From positions 1 to 27,555 of IMG/VR virus record IMGVR_UViG_3300049712_000033: 27,555 nt of DNA; one strand, given 5' to 3'. Below are positions 26,886-27,555 of the stretch, piece after piece. Position 1 is the first letter of the stretch, and each line of letters starts with the position of its first letter. The notes beneath the pieces were generated by a model. It searched no databases. It was given only the letters and a program-made list of their open reading frames with translations, and was not told the origin of the DNA. The stretch comes from a virus. Taxonomy: Duplodnaviria; Caudoviricetes. The position numbers and the translations under genes were made by a program.

Positions 26886-27029
26886 TTACGCTTCTATTGT
26901 ATCAGCTTTGAAATCATAATCTAACGTATCAATAAATTCATCTACTTCCTGATTAGTGGGCATTTTACCTTTCGAGATACACGAGGCTACTATCCAGGCT
27001 TTCAGTTCGTTCTTTGAGATATTGTTCAT
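26886..27029 (-). CDS. Hypothetical 47-aa protein (not in ORF track)
   Basis: MNNISKNELKAWIVASCISKGKMPTNQEVDEFIDTLDYDFKADTIEA; TAATG overlap with the upstream stop, GGGGA RBS. Confidence 0.6.
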   Translation of the reverse strand: MNNISKNELKAWIVASCISKGKMPTNQEVDEFIDTLDYDFKADTIEA

Positions 27030-27457
27030 TAATTTGTCCCCCAATGCCTAGAGTTCTCCCCAGCTTGGATATAAGTTAGCTGCCCTTTATCGGGAAATGG
27101 ATTATGAATCTCGGGCACCCCATCGTTCTCTTTAAACTCATTCTTCCACCAAAGAAAGTACTGCCGTCCGTTCATATAATCAGGCATCTTCGGCCAATCC
27201 TTCTCATAGACAGGAACCGCCGCAATAGGCACGTCATACCAATAAACAGCCTCCCGTATTGGATTTGGCTTATCGTCGTCTTCCCTCCGCACAACCCTAA
27301 ACTTAAATTTTGGTGTTACATGTGGAGCAGTAAGTGTTACATTACGTGTTACATTAGCCCCTTTTCGACTAAGTGTTACACGACAGTTTCTGCTACAGGT
27401 CTTAGCCTCTCTCTTACTCTCAAACTCTATACTGCAAACCTGACACACATTTGTCAT
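27029..27457 (-). CDS. Zinc-ribbon protein (CxxC...CxxxC) with four Val-Thr repeats
   Basis: CQVC-x12-CSRNC followed by RVT..NVTRNVT..HVT; AGGGG RBS. Confidence 0.8.
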   Translation of the reverse strand: MTNVCQVCSIEFESKREAKTCSRNCRVTLSRKGANVTRNVTLTAPHVTPKFKFRVVRREDDDKPNPIREAVYWYDVPIAAVPVYEKDWPKMPDYMNGRQYFLWWKNEFKENDGVPEIHNPFPDKGQLTYIQAGENSRHWGTN

Positions 27458-27498
27458 ACTACCCCTGTTCTATTAATGATACACATTTATTGTAACAC
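27313..27498. repeat. Cluster of five exact GTGTTACA/TGTAACAC octamers
   Basis: GTGTTACA at 27313, 27334, 27346 and 27373 (direct, inside the CDS); inverted copy TGTAACAC at 27491 upstream of the gene. Confidence 0.9.
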
Positions 27499-27555
27499 AT
27501 ATAGAAATACGGATATATATTTTTTCATTACTGTTACTATACCCCTGTTATATAT

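Noticed and set aside
27313-27380. CRISPR array
   Set aside because: Repeats are only 8 bp with 4-19 bp irregular spacers, lie inside a CDS, and there are no cas genes.
27487-27528. 13-codon upstream ORF MKKYISVFLYVLQ
   Set aside because: The SD-like GGGG is ~13 nt away and the ORF is very short in AT-rich DNA; likely chance.
1-27555. Alternative genetic code, tRNAs, integrase, DGR or introns
   Set aside because: TAA, TAG and TGA all terminate full-length genes; TerL, portal and MCP are uninterrupted; no cloverleaf, recombinase or reverse transcriptase was seen.

Overview
A ~27.5 kb segment of a tailed dsDNA phage (or prophage) genome, read in the standard genetic code. Essentially every credible gene is on the minus strand and many are translationally coupled. 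In transcription order (right to left) it carries: a Zn-ribbon gene containing a cluster of TGTAACAC repeats, several small genes, and the terminase large subunit; a ~7.7 kb island between terL and the portal (GT2-TPR-GT-B glycosyltransferase fusion, SAM methyltransferase, HNH nuclease, Ser/Thr/Gly-rich fibre-like proteins); a podovirus-type core (portal, scaffold, DUF5309/SU10-like capsid, adaptor, nozzle, two ejection proteins, LamG tail fibre); and a lysis cassette of four small membrane proteins plus an M23-SH3 endolysin cut off at the left edge. The most notable observations are the repeat-bearing Zn-ribbon gene, a structured non-coding leader before terL, and the candidate virion-glycosylation island. 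Family names come from motif recognition by eye, not database searches.
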